Shown piece after piece: positions 1 to 8,509 of a stretch of DNA of 28,772 nt; within the stretch, counting starts at the first letter, position 1, and each line of letters opens with the position of its first letter. A program made the position numbers and the translations under genes. Below the pieces are notes generated by a model. It ran no database searches and was not told where the DNA came from. It worked only from the letters and a program-made list of their open reading frames with translations. Location: contig JAGCJD010000174.1 of the NCBI GenBank assembly GCA_017648425.1, positions 1-28,772 on the forward strand, given 5' to 3'. The DNA is from Clostridia bacterium. Its GTDB lineage: Bacteria; Bacillota; Clostridia; Oscillospirales; CAG-272.

Positions 1-1
1 C

Positions 2-289
2 ATAGGGAATCATGCGGAGAATTTTATTCGCTCGTTTAATGCGGACATCTGCTTTTTTTCGGTAAGAACGCTGACGAGCGGCGGATCGCTTACTGACAAT
101 GCGATAGAGGAGAACGCCATACGAAAGGTCATGATGTCGCAGTCACGCAAAAGGGTGCTTATGCTAAACTCCGAAAAGGTTGGCGAGCCGTTCATGAGCA
201 ATCTTTGCACGATAAATGAAGTCGATTTTATAGTGAGCGAGCGAGATATTTCCGCACTGTTTGAGGAGCATAAGGAAAAATTTATTTGA
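2..289 (+). CDS. DeoR/GlpR-family transcriptional regulator, C-terminal sensor domain (5'-truncated by window edge)
   Basis: Open frame from base 2 to TGA 287-289 (my translation): ...FNADICFFSV...LTDNAIEENAIRKVMMSQSRKRVLMLNSEKVG...NEVDFIVSE, typical of the DeoRC domain. Confidence 0.8.
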   Translation: MGNHAENFIRSFNADICFFSVRTLTSGGSLTDNAIEENAIRKVMMSQSRKRVLMLNSEKVGEPFMSNLCTINEVDFIVSERDISALFEEHKEKFI

Positions 290-400
290 GCACTTGGATA
301 TAATTGGCAAAAAATTCACACCTTTTTTGTGAAAAAGGTGTGCCAAAAAACTTGCTGAAAATTATTTGTTGTTTGTTTTTTTATTTGTGCATCTCTTTTC

Positions 401-686
401 ATTATACGGGAGGATATTATCCTCCCGTATAATTCGTTTGTTATTTTTGTTTGCCGCATGACGGGCTGTCGAGGCGCCAGCCCCTACCACGGTTTGATTG
501 TAACCCTTTTATTTGCGCCTTACAATATTATTCGTACAATTTTTGGCGTTTTGTCTATATTGAAAAATTTCTCTTTACCCCTCGTAGGGGCGGATATTAT
601 CCGCCCGTTTATACACAAATTTCCGCGTTTCTTCTATCTTTGATTTTCGATATTTCTATTCCTCGGTAGGGGGCGGCGCCTCGACG
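401..686. repeat. Cluster of GTAG-type REP-like palindromes
   Basis: 33-bp palindrome 401-433 (attatacgggaggata-t-tatcctcccgtataat); gtaggggcggatattatccgccc at 584-606; gtagggggcggcgcctcgac at 666-685 and its inverted relative at 467-487. Confidence 0.7.
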
Positions 687-712
687 GTGTGTTTTCACGA
701 AAGAAATTTTGT

Positions 713-1031
713 TCCGCCCCCGGCGGCGGTCGCAACCGTCCCTCGCACCTTTTTGCTCCGCAAAACGGTGCTCGAGGGGAAAGCTCTTTTTCACCAAAAA
801 AACAAAGGGTATCCCAATTGGTACGGAGAGATTTGAATCACTGTTGTAGCTAAGACTCTGCCATCGCAAGGCGCTACTTGCTCGGCACAGCCTAAGCTAC
901 TGCCACTCCTTATTGCTCCCTTTATCCGCCCCCGGCGGCGGTCGCAACCGTCCCTCGCGCCTTTTTGCTCCGCAAAACGGTGCTCGAGGGGAAAGCTCTT
1001 TTTCGCCAAAAAAAGCAAAGGGTATCCCAAT
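713..1031. repeat. ~106-bp direct repeat downstream of tRNA-Ser (copies 713-818 and 925-1031)
   Basis: Near-identical copies tccgcccccggcggcggtcgcaaccgtccctcgc...caaagggtatcccaat with only a few differences. Confidence 0.9.
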
Positions 1032-1045
1032 CGGGATACCCTTTG
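1016..1045 (-). terminator. Rho-independent terminator of tRNA-Ser
   Basis: Hairpin caaagggtatccc-aatc-gggataccctttg with T/A tracts on both sides, directly after the tRNA CCA end. Confidence 0.8.
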
Positions 1046-1051
1046 TTTTTT

Positions 1052-1143
1052 TGGCGGAGAAGGAGAGATTTGAACTCTCGCACCGGGTTTGCCGGTCTAC
1101 ACCCTTAGCAGGGGCGCCTCTTCGGCCTCTTGAGTACTTCTCC
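1052..1143 (-). tRNA. tRNA-Ser (anticodon GCT)
   Basis: Reverse complement GGAGAAGTACTCAAGAGGCCGAAGAGGCGCCCCTGCTAAGGGTGTAG...GAGAGTTCAAATCTCTCCTTCTCCGCCA: cloverleaf, long variable arm, encoded CCA. Confidence 0.95.
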
Positions 1144-1181
1144 ATATGGTGAGCTCGCCGTCTTCAAAACTCACATTCCAT

Positions 1182-1210
1182 ATTATACCCCATTTTTATC
1201 CGTTTGTCAA
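1182..1210 (-). promoter_or_regulatory. Sigma-A promoter of tRNA-Ser
   Basis: TTGACA-17 nt-TATAAT perfect consensus on the minus strand. Confidence 0.85.
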
Positions 1211-1284
1211 TATGTTTTCAATATCTTTTGGCAAAATTATTTTAAAGTTATTTTAATTCCCGTTATGTCGATTGTTTTTGTGGC

Positions 1285-1908
1285 TCACAGCGCCTTGTAT
1301 GCCCCTATGATAGTTGCAGTTACAAAGTCAGCGCTTATTATCGATGCAAGGATTACTGCGAGTATCTTGCATGTTGACGGCGGTATTCTTAGCGCAAGTC
1401 TGTACAGTGTTTCCCAAAGCGTTGCAAAAAACAGTGTTACAAGAAATCCCCATAGCAGACTGTATCCAAGACACACTATTCCAAAAAGATTAAATGCGCG
1501 CTCTGAATAATCCCAGAGTGTAATTCCTATCGCTCTATAAGCAAGTCCTGTTAAAAGCTCTGCTATTGTGGACGCGAGCGTTGTTAGTATAAAATAAATA
1601 AAAAAACGATGGACGGGAGTTGAGATAAGCCGTTTGCCTAAGCTGTTTCTTTTGAGTGGCTCTCCTATCAGACCGCCTATGTTTTTTGGCGTTCCGAAAA
1701 GAACAAAGGACAATATTATGCAAGCTCCGTATATCGGACACACAGGAAGAAAAAGAAGCCCTCGGTCACCACGAGCATTATATATAATAAGTCGTCCCGC
1801 TTTTTCAAAGCACCAACCCATAAAGGATATAAGTATTCCGATAAGCGTCAGTCTGCACGCAAATAAAAATTTGTCCATTCCTTTGTCCCGTTGCTCTTTT
1901 TGTGACAT
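1285..1908 (-). CDS. DUF1113-like membrane protein (putative ABC transporter permease family)
   Basis: 207 aa, several hydrophobic helices, motifs SFMGWCFE, RGLLFLPVCPIYG, LWDYS, SLLWG; GGAGGT RBS. Confidence 0.75.
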   Translation of the reverse strand: MSQKEQRDKGMDKFLFACRLTLIGILISFMGWCFEKAGRLIIYNARGDRGLLFLPVCPIYGACIILSFVLFGTPKNIGGLIGEPLKRNSLGKRLISTPVHRFFIYFILTTLASTIAELLTGLAYRAIGITLWDYSERAFNLFGIVCLGYSLLWGFLVTLFFATLWETLYRLALRIPPSTCKILAVILASIISADFVTATIIGAYKAL

Positions 1909-2010
1909 ATATTACCTCCATGAAAACCTTTTCAACTAATAGCATTAATCATGGAGGGCGGTTTTTATACATATATTTTGTTAGAACTTATTTTGGAGGA
2001 AGGGGCAAAA

Positions 2011-2915
2011 ATGACAGAAAATAAAGGCATGGACAAAAGTGTATTTATGCGCGGGCGCGGACTTGACGATGCTCAGGTAGCTGAGGCGCGTGAAAAATAC
2101 GGTAGCAACACGCTTAATGTCAGAAAAAGCAAGAGCTTTTTGAGAAGATTTTTTGAAAATCTAGGCGACCCGGTTATACGAATACTTTTGGTCGCGCTCT
2201 GCGTAAATCTTTTCTTTGTGTTTAAAGGCGGAGATATAGCCGAAACGGTAGGTATAGCCATTTCGGTGTTTCTTGCCGCTTTTATATCTGCTCTCTCGGA
2301 GAGCGGGGGAGAAAATGCGTTTCGCCGATTGTCACGCGAATGCGCGGACGGTGTGTGCCGTGTAAGGCGAAACGGCAGGATAACGACAGTGCCCATAGAC
2401 GAGATAGTTGTGGGGGACATAGTGCTTGTAAGCGCGGGAGAAAGGATACCTGCTGACGGATACATAATAAGCGGAGGTGTATCCGTGGATCAATCCGCGA
2501 TAACCGGGGAGAGCAAGGAAAAAGAAAAAAAGCCCTCGTCGGGGCTTGACCGCTCTCCATCGTCCCCGTCGGCGCTTTTGCGCGGCTGTCCCGTGCTTTC
2601 GGGCGAGGGGGTAATGCAGGTGTTTGCTGTTGGGGATAATAGCTTTTTGGGTAAAATATCAATAGAGGTACAGACCGAAACAAGAGAAAGTCCACTCAAA
2701 CTGAGACTCACCCGACTTGCTCGTCAGATAAGTCGTCTTGGCTATCTTGCGTCTGTTCTTGTATCACTTGCCTTTTTGTTCAATTGCTTTGTAATTGACA
2801 GCGGATTTGAATGGCAGCTCGTTCTTTTAAAGCTCAGAGATATACCTTATTTGCTTGAAAAATTACTTCACGCGTTCATGCTCGGATTAACAATAATAGT
2901 CGTGGCAGTTCCTGA
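2011..2915 (+). pseudogene. 5' half of a PMCA-type Ca2+-translocating P-type ATPase, interrupted by prophage
   Basis: EAREKYGSN, DEIVVGDIV, GERIPADG, VDQSAITGES (actuator TGES), TM segments, then IVVAVP; similarity stops at the PEGL position (reads PDGAP), there is no DKTGT, and the frame runs into non-homologous DNA to a stop at 3081; RBS GGAGG before ATG 2011. Confidence 0.9.
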
Positions 2916-2930
2916 CGGAGCTCCACGACT
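2898..2930. other. Putative attL of the serine-recombinase prophage (central GA dinucleotide 2914-2915)
   Basis: Imperfect inverted repeat agtcgtggcagttcct-GA-cggagctccacgact centred exactly where ATPase homology ends. Confidence 0.7.
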
Positions 2931-2954
2931 TGGCTGTTCTATCCTCACATCTTC

Positions 2955-2983
2955 ATTATACCACATTTTTCGACATCTGTCAA
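2955..2983 (-). promoter_or_regulatory. Outward-facing sigma-A promoter at the prophage left end
   Basis: TTGACA-gatgtcgaaaaatgtgg(17)-TATAAT with TGn extended -10 on the minus strand. Confidence 0.75.
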
Positions 2984-3724
2984 TATTTTTTGTGAAAATT
3001 TTTTCCAAAAATCGCAAAAAAATTCAAAAAACAATTTTTTTCGGGGAGTTTCTCGGGGGTTTTTGGGTAAAAGCTCATTGAAAATCAAGTAAAATTTCTC
3101 TTGAAAAAGAGAAAGAGCCACTGAGTTTTCGTGAAAAACACTTTGCTTTATCTTTCGTATTTCCGATATTTCCTCGGAAATACGCTCATGCTTTGAAAAT
3201 GCTGATATTTCGCCGCGTATCTCTCTCGCGATAAGTATTATATAATAATATATATAATATATAACGCATGCGCGCTCGTGTGTACGCGCTTACGCGCGCT
3301 CTCTCGCGCTCGCCGTGCGCTCGGGGGTGGCGGCGGAACGATCTTTTTTTCTGTCTTGGCTGAATTTGTGTGACCGAGTGAAAGACGATAGCGCTCCTGC
3401 GCCCTCAAAAACTGTCTGTAAGGCTAAAAAGGGGCAGGGGGTGCTGTCTTACCCTGCCCATATGCGTAAAGATTAAAATACAGCGTTTTTCAAAAGACAA
3501 TTTTTTCCACCTTTCGACAACACCGAGAGAGACCATTCCCCCCTTCGGGGGGTAAGGGGGGTCTCTCTCTGTCTTGTATATGTCTTGTAAAAGTTTTGTT
3601 TTGTTTCTGTATTGTTTCTGTTTTGTTTTGGGTTCAACCGATAGAGCTTTTTTTGTAAGATCCGGGAGCTCTTTCGGCGGTGATTTTATTTGCGTTATAA
3701 GTCGATTTATTCGTGCTTTATTTA

Positions 3725-5104
3725 TTACGCTTCGTTGAATGTAACATCAAAGCTTCCGTCCTTGTAAACGACTATCTTTTTGAGCGTTCGTCCCCAAAAT
3801 GCCTTCTTGCTTTCGGGGGTGAGCGAATTATACATCTGTTCAAAATCTTTGAGCTCTTTTATGTTTATGAACTCCTGCTCGCGTATCTCTTGTCTTTGCT
3901 TTGCTTCGTCAAGCTCCGCTTTGAGGGATAGATAATCTCTCTCGTATATCTCCTTTGGAATGAGATCGGAAAGGTACAGATCTTTGAGCTTTTCTATTTT
4001 TGCCATTATCTTTGAGGTGTCGGGCGCTCTTTTGGGCACGGACGCCTTTTTCATTTTTATTTCTATATTGTATTTTTTTGCCTCGGAAATAAGGTTTTCG
4101 ACAAGCCACGCTTCCAGCTTTTGCTGATTTATCTGCTTTTGCATTTCGCATTGGAGCATACTTCTCGCGGAACAGCGGTAATAGATTATAGTCTTTCCCT
4201 TAGTGCCGTCCTTTTTCTTGTTTGCGTAGCTGTATGTGCTCATTCTTCTTCCGCATTCTCCGCAGAACATAAGCCCTGTGAAAATATAGACATTCGAGGT
4301 CCTTGTCATTGTGCGCTGTCCTCGTGTTTCAAGCAGGGAAGCGGTAAGCTCAAAGGTCTTTTTGTCAATTATCGCGGGACACCAATTTTCAATTCCGTAA
4401 GCCTCGCCTATATACCATTTATTGGTGAGCATATGCTTCATGGATTTTGCGTCGATCGTTACGCCGTATTCGGTGAATATGTATCTTGCTGTTTCTTTCA
4501 TGGAGCGGCAGTCGATATACTTATCGAATGTGGCGCGAGCGATGTTTGCCCGCTGTTCGTCAATAACGGCGCGCTTGTTTTCTATTTTATATCCGAGAGG
4601 GGTGCTGCCGGATATAACATGTCCGTCCTTTACCATATTGCTGAAAACGAATTTTATCCTCTCGGAGGTGCGGTCGGACTCGTCCTGCGCTATCGCCAGC
4701 TTTATGTTGAGCGCAAGGCGACCATTGGCGCTTGTCGTGTCGTAATCCTCGTCCGTTGCCAGCCACTGTACCTTGTGCTTATCAAGTATTGCCTGAACCT
4801 CGTAATAGTCGGATACATTACGGAACCAACGGTCAAGCTTGACAAAAAGGACGACATCTATTTTGCCGTCACGCACATCTTGTATCATTCGCATAAATTC
4901 CGGGCGAGCCGTGTATTTCTTTCGCGCGGATATGCCCTCATCGGTATAGTGGTCCACAACGGTGAGGTCGTTCTCCTCGGCGTAACGGGAAAGGCGCTCC
5001 TTCTGAGCGTCAAGAGAAACGCCGTGCTGCGCCTGCTCCTCGGTGGAAACGCGGGAGTAAAGCGCCGCCCGTCTTATGCTGTCGTCAAATCGTTTTACCT
5101 TCAT
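3725..5104 (-). CDS. Large serine recombinase (phage integrase)
   Basis: 459 aa; YSRVSTEEQ catalytic Ser motif, DEGISA, KLDRWFRN, recombinase domain (PLGY), zinc ribbon CGECG...YYRC, coiled coil. Confidence 0.96.
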   Translation of the reverse strand: MKVKRFDDSIRRAALYSRVSTEEQAQHGVSLDAQKERLSRYAEENDLTVVDHYTDEGISARKKYTARPEFMRMIQDVRDGKIDVVLFVKLDRWFRNVSDYYEVQAILDKHKVQWLATDEDYDTTSANGRLALNIKLAIAQDESDRTSERIKFVFSNMVKDGHVISGSTPLGYKIENKRAVIDEQRANIARATFDKYIDCRSMKETARYIFTEYGVTIDAKSMKHMLTNKWYIGEAYGIENWCPAIIDKKTFELTASLLETRGQRTMTRTSNVYIFTGLMFCGECGRRMSTYSYANKKKDGTKGKTIIYYRCSARSMLQCEMQKQINQQKLEAWLVENLISEAKKYNIEIKMKKASVPKRAPDTSKIMAKIEKLKDLYLSDLIPKEIYERDYLSLKAELDEAKQRQEIREQEFINIKELKDFEQMYNSLTPESKKAFWGRTLKKIVVYKDGSFDVTFNEA

Positions 5105-5108
5105 TCTA

Positions 5109-5708
5109 TTAAATCCTTTGCTCTGATTGCGTAACCGTGGAATGCTCTTTTATGTACTGTGAAAAGAGGGAGTACAGCTTTTGCTCGCATGGGTCCGTCA
5201 GAAATTTGTCCTTTGAATAAAGAAGCTGCATACGCCTTGCCCGCTCCTCGGCGACATGACGCTCGACCATGCAATATTTTGCTATATACTCGCATGAGGT
5301 AATCCCCATGCCCCAAAGTACGCATGAGGGGCAGAGAATTCTGCGCGCAAACATATCGGCGTACTTTTCGGATACATATTTATCATTTTCCGTTCGCATA
5401 TTCCAATACTGTGAATATTTTATCTCGTGTTCAAGGTAGTAGTGTCCAAGCTCATGGGCTATGGTATATCGAGAGCACTCTATGGGGGCGAGGTCGTTAT
5501 AAATTATGCACCATGTGCTTCCGTCATAGAACGACCTGCCGTTTTCTCCTGCTCGGAGCAGTTTTACGCTACTGTTCTTTATTACTTTTATGCCCTCCTC
5601 TCTCCTCGCTATTTTGATTATATCAATAGGCAGAGAGCAGAGTTCACTTTTTATGAGGCACTCCCATGAATTGTCCCTTACACACAAATAGTTTTCATAA
5701 GGTCTCAT
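5109..5708 (-). CDS. ImmA/IrrE-family metallopeptidase (anti-repressor)
   Basis: 199 aa; RYTIAHELGH (HEXXH) and EKYADMFA; lies between integrase and repressor as in ICEBs1-type modules. Confidence 0.9.
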   Translation of the reverse strand: MRPYENYLCVRDNSWECLIKSELCSLPIDIIKIARREEGIKVIKNSSVKLLRAGENGRSFYDGSTWCIIYNDLAPIECSRYTIAHELGHYYLEHEIKYSQYWNMRTENDKYVSEKYADMFARRILCPSCVLWGMGITSCEYIAKYCMVERHVAEERARRMQLLYSKDKFLTDPCEQKLYSLFSQYIKEHSTVTQSEQRI

Positions 5709-5734
5709 TTTCAGTTGGCAATTATTTTATAGCT

Positions 5735-6175
5735 TTATAGCAGTGTGTCGTCGGTTTCGGGAGCATTCTTTATGTCTTTCCAATCATTCTTGCTCATTTT
5801 TACTATTTCGTCCTGCCTTTTGTCAGCGGAGCTTGCCGCCGTGTAAATGCAAACATTGCCGTCTGCTTCAAGTCCGAGCAGACAAAGGACAGCGGGCTGC
5901 ATTTCGGGGTGCATACGGTAAGCGCTGAGTACTCTGAGCTCTATATCGGTAAGGTCGTTGCGCTTTATCTGGGGCTCGGTATCCGCGTTGTCGGCAAAAA
6001 AGTATTCGCGACTTACGCCAAAGTACTGCGCCAGCTTTTCAAGCGTGGTCTTTGAGGGGAGAGTGCCGTTCTTCCATTTAGTTATAGAGCCAGCGGAAAT
6101 GCCGAGCTCCTTTACTACCGCAGAGGGAGTTTTTTGATTTGCCTTGCAAAGCTCGTAAAGATTGTTCCAAAACAT
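5735..6175 (-). CDS. XRE/Cro-CI HTH prophage repressor (ImmR-like)
   Basis: Likely start MFWNNLYELC at 6175 (AAAGGA RBS); HTH TPSAVVKELGISAGSITKWKNGTLP...LEKLAQYFGVS. Confidence 0.88.
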   Translation of the reverse strand: MFWNNLYELCKANQKTPSAVVKELGISAGSITKWKNGTLPSKTTLEKLAQYFGVSREYFFADNADTEPQIKRNDLTDIELRVLSAYRMHPEMQPAVLCLLGLEADGNVCIYTAASSADKRQDEIVKMSKNDWKDIKNAPETDDTLL

Positions 6176-6223
6176 AGTGATATTTCCTTTCTTGCATGTT
6201 CTTCCGTAAATTTTATCAGTTTG

Positions 6224-6305
6224 TTTCACATATGGTGAAATAAATTATATATTTCACTGAAAATGAAAAATACATATTGACATTTCATTGAAAGTGAATT
6301 ATAAT
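6224..6305. promoter_or_regulatory. Lysis-lysogeny switch: three 17-bp operators and rightward promoter
   Basis: TTTCAC-atatg-GTGAAA (6224-6240), TTTCAC-tgaaa-ATGAAA (6252-6268), TTTCAT-tgaaa-GTGAAT (6283-6299); the third fills the spacer of TTGACA(6277-6282)-17-TATAAT(6300-6305). Confidence 0.85.
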
Positions 6306-6420
6306 GTTAACACTGTCAAACAAAACAGACATAATTTCACCCAAAAGAATATATTTAACATCATTGTATCACAAAAATTATGCTGTGTCAATAAAAACAA
6401 TAAAAAAAGGAGGTAGAAAA

Positions 6421-6615
6421 ATGTTAAACGGAAAGCTTGTGAGAACGCTCATGAGAGCCAAGGGATACAGTGGCAGAGAGCTTGCGGCAAGGGTAGGGAT
6501 AAGCGAGTCCATGATGTCTTATATTCTGCAAGGGCTCAGAGAGCCGAATGTGCAGACGCTGGTCCGAATTGCCAACGAGCTTGGCTGTTCGCTTGACGAA
6601 ATGATAATAAGATGA
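6421..6615 (+). CDS. Cro-like HTH regulator
   Basis: AGGAGG RBS, ATG 6421; 64 aa with GYSGRELAARVGISESMMSYILQGLREPN...RIANELGCSLD. Confidence 0.9.
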   Translation: MLNGKLVRTLMRAKGYSGRELAARVGISESMMSYILQGLREPNVQTLVRIANELGCSLDEMIIR

Positions 6616-6675
6616 TAGGACAAGTCGGGGGCTGCATATACTGTAACATCTTATGCTTATCGGGAGGTCGGTAGA

Positions 6676-6834
6676 ATGAAGGGTATGACGGCATCAATAA
6701 AGAACGAGCCGAACATGAATTACATAATGAAGGTGCTCTGCGAGCAGCTCTCCCGACAGGAGATAGGCTCGTACGAATATTCGTACAAATTGGAAAGAAA
6801 GGAGAATTGTTTAAAAAATGCAGAACAGGCGTAA
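6676..6834 (+). CDS. Small hypothetical phage protein (52 aa)
   Basis: Below track cutoff; GGGAGG RBS, MKGMTASIKNEPNMNYIMKVLCEQLSRQ..., overlaps the next start. Confidence 0.55.
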   Translation: MKGMTASIKNEPNMNYIMKVLCEQLSRQEIGSYEYSYKLERKENCLKNAEQA

Positions 6835-7138
6835 GCAAGAAAGACAGACACAGCTGACGCTCGAGCTTGGAAGCGGAGTACAGCTCTCAGAGGCTCAGCT
6901 TTGCAGTGTCGTGTCGCTTGTGGTGGGGCTTGAATACCGCAAGGAAAGGCACGGCGCGTGGGCGCTTGACCAAGAGCATTCGAGCAAAAAGTATTTAAGG
7001 TGGAGGTGCAGCGCCTGCGGACACTGGCAGTCGTCAAGGCGTAACGATAAGAGTGAGCAGATATTTTACATGAATTACTGTCCATTCTGTGGTTCGCAGA
7101 TGGACAAGCCCGCAAGGGAGAGGGCTGAGCAGATATGA
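6818..7138 (+). CDS. Phage zinc-ribbon protein
   Basis: RHGAW...RCSACG...NYCPFCGSQMD (two CxxC pairs); AAGGAG RBS. Confidence 0.8.
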   Translation: MQNRRKQERQTQLTLELGSGVQLSEAQLCSVVSLVVGLEYRKERHGAWALDQEHSSKKYLRWRCSACGHWQSSRRNDKSEQIFYMNYCPFCGSQMDKPARERAEQI

Positions 7139-7578
7139 TGAGTAAGCTTATATTTATAATTCTCGCCTGCGCGCTGTTTGCCGCTTTGGGAGCGTTAGGT
7201 GAGAAAATGCTGCGTCAGGGTAAAGGCGAGGCGGATAATTCCGAGGAGGACGAGCCCGAGAGAAAAAACAGCATACGGGTGCTGATAAAGCCCGCAAGGG
7301 AGAGGGCGTATCTTACATGGATAAAAAACACTCAGGAAAGCTTTGAGAGTATTGTGGGCGGTCATATAAAATCGATTACGATAGCAAATGACATGGTAAT
7401 AGTTTGCAACGACGAGGTCGATGTAAGCGCTTCTCGCTTTAACACGAGAATTTGCGGAGAGCAGTTTTTTGGCGATATAATTATTTGCGGAGCAAGTAAT
7501 GAGGGCTTTGACAGTATTCCTGTAAGTGATGAAACGGTAAGACGCATATTCTGCTCGTTGTTCGCTGTGGAGAGGTGA
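7135..7578 (+). CDS. Hypothetical protein with DUF3846-like C-terminal domain
   Basis: N-terminal hydrophobic segment, then VLIKP...FESIVGGHI...IVCNDE...FFGDIIICG. Confidence 0.7.
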   Translation: MMSKLIFIILACALFAALGALGEKMLRQGKGEADNSEEDEPERKNSIRVLIKPARERAYLTWIKNTQESFESIVGGHIKSITIANDMVIVCNDEVDVSASRFNTRICGEQFFGDIIICGASNEGFDSIPVSDETVRRIFCSLFAVER

Positions 7579-7581
7579 GAA

Positions 7582-7776
7582 ATGCTGGAACTTATTGAAA
7601 AAAAGTGCGCGTGGTGCGGAAGGGTGTTCTATCCTGCGTACAATCATGCGTTCGTAGAGGGACACAAGGACGGCAGACCGCGGTTTTATTTCTGTAAGTA
7701 CACCTGTATGCTCCGATACCGCGAGGACAAGGCAAAGCGGCGTAAGTACAGAAAGAGGGACACGGCTGAAAATTAA
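7582..7776 (+). CDS. Small Cys-containing phage protein
   Basis: CAWCGRVF...YFCKYTCM; GAGG RBS, in operon. Confidence 0.65.
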   Translation: MLELIEKKCAWCGRVFYPAYNHAFVEGHKDGRPRFYFCKYTCMLRYREDKAKRRKYRKRDTAEN

Positions 7777-7823
7777 TTGTATTACTTTTATAGTGTATTT
7801 ATTTTTATTAAGGAGGGGATATT

Positions 7824-8024
7824 ATGACCTTCAAGCATGACGGCTATCATGGTGACGGAAGTATGTGTGTTTATGGATATGACAAAAACGGAGTAAAGGT
7901 CGCTATATTCAAGGGTTATCCCAATTTGCGCAGTGATACGGTAACGCTTTATCCGAGGTCGTGTCTTGCGCCGACCAATGAGAAAATCGGAAAGCAGACC
8001 GTTTCGCTCCGTGTTCTTAAATAA
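7824..8024 (+). CDS. Hypothetical phage protein
   Basis: 66 aa, AAGGAGG RBS. Confidence 0.6.
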   Translation: MTFKHDGYHGDGSMCVYGYDKNGVKVAIFKGYPNLRSDTVTLYPRSCLAPTNEKIGKQTVSLRVLK

Positions 8025-8126
8025 CCGAGGGCGGACAAGCCCTTACCGAAAGTGGAGCTAAGGCTCTTTTTCGGTCTTGTATTGTATCTTATCTTATCGA
8101 CCGTAGGTTAAAGGAGAATTTAAGTC

Positions 8127-8495
8127 ATGTCAATGTCAATGTCGGGTGTCAGGTCGCTCGAAAAAATGCTTATGCTCGTGGGTGAGCAGATAGAGATAGG
8201 TTGCTTTTCGGGAGAGGAGCGCTCGGTGGCGGAGGATATACGCATGATAATTGCGGAGATATATCTTTTGCCGAATAACGCTATGGTGAGGATAGACGGC
8301 GCGGATATACCCTGCGGACTTGTGGCGCAGGTGTATTCGCGTCTTGACGGAACGCATGTCAGAGCAGTAACGGAAAGATTTTTGCTTATTGATTACCCAA
8401 TAAGACACAAAAAAGCATATATTCGAACCGCTCTTTACAACAGAGTGTTTGAGCAGGAGAGCGCAGAAGCAAATGATTTTCGTTCAAGCGTTTAG
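8127..8495 (+). CDS. Hypothetical protein resembling DUF6017/RepA C-terminal-like domain
   Basis: AAGGAG RBS; C-terminal IRHKKAYIRTALYN resembles replication-initiator C-termini. Confidence 0.55.
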   Translation: MSMSMSGVRSLEKMLMLVGEQIEIGCFSGEERSVAEDIRMIIAEIYLLPNNAMVRIDGADIPCGLVAQVYSRLDGTHVRAVTERFLLIDYPIRHKKAYIRTALYNRVFEQESAEANDFRSSV

Positions 8496-8509
8496 AAACG
8501 GAGAGAATA

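Noticed and set aside
819-910. Second tRNA gene between the repeats
   Set aside because: Only the T-loop/CCA-like end resembles tRNA; acceptor and T stems do not pair and no anticodon arm is evident
451-1510. Track ORFs over the REP, repeat and tRNA region
   Set aside because: They overlap RNA and repeat features, lack RBS and show no protein-like motifs
1951-3081. Full-length 376-aa ATPase as given in the track
   Set aside because: The RBS supports a start at 2011, and residues after about 2916 are read-through into phage DNA, not ATPase sequence
4121-5134. 337-aa plus-strand ORF
   Set aside because: Antisense shadow of the serine recombinase with no motifs; the same applies to the many antisense ORFs over terL, portal, capsid, integrase and the giant ORF
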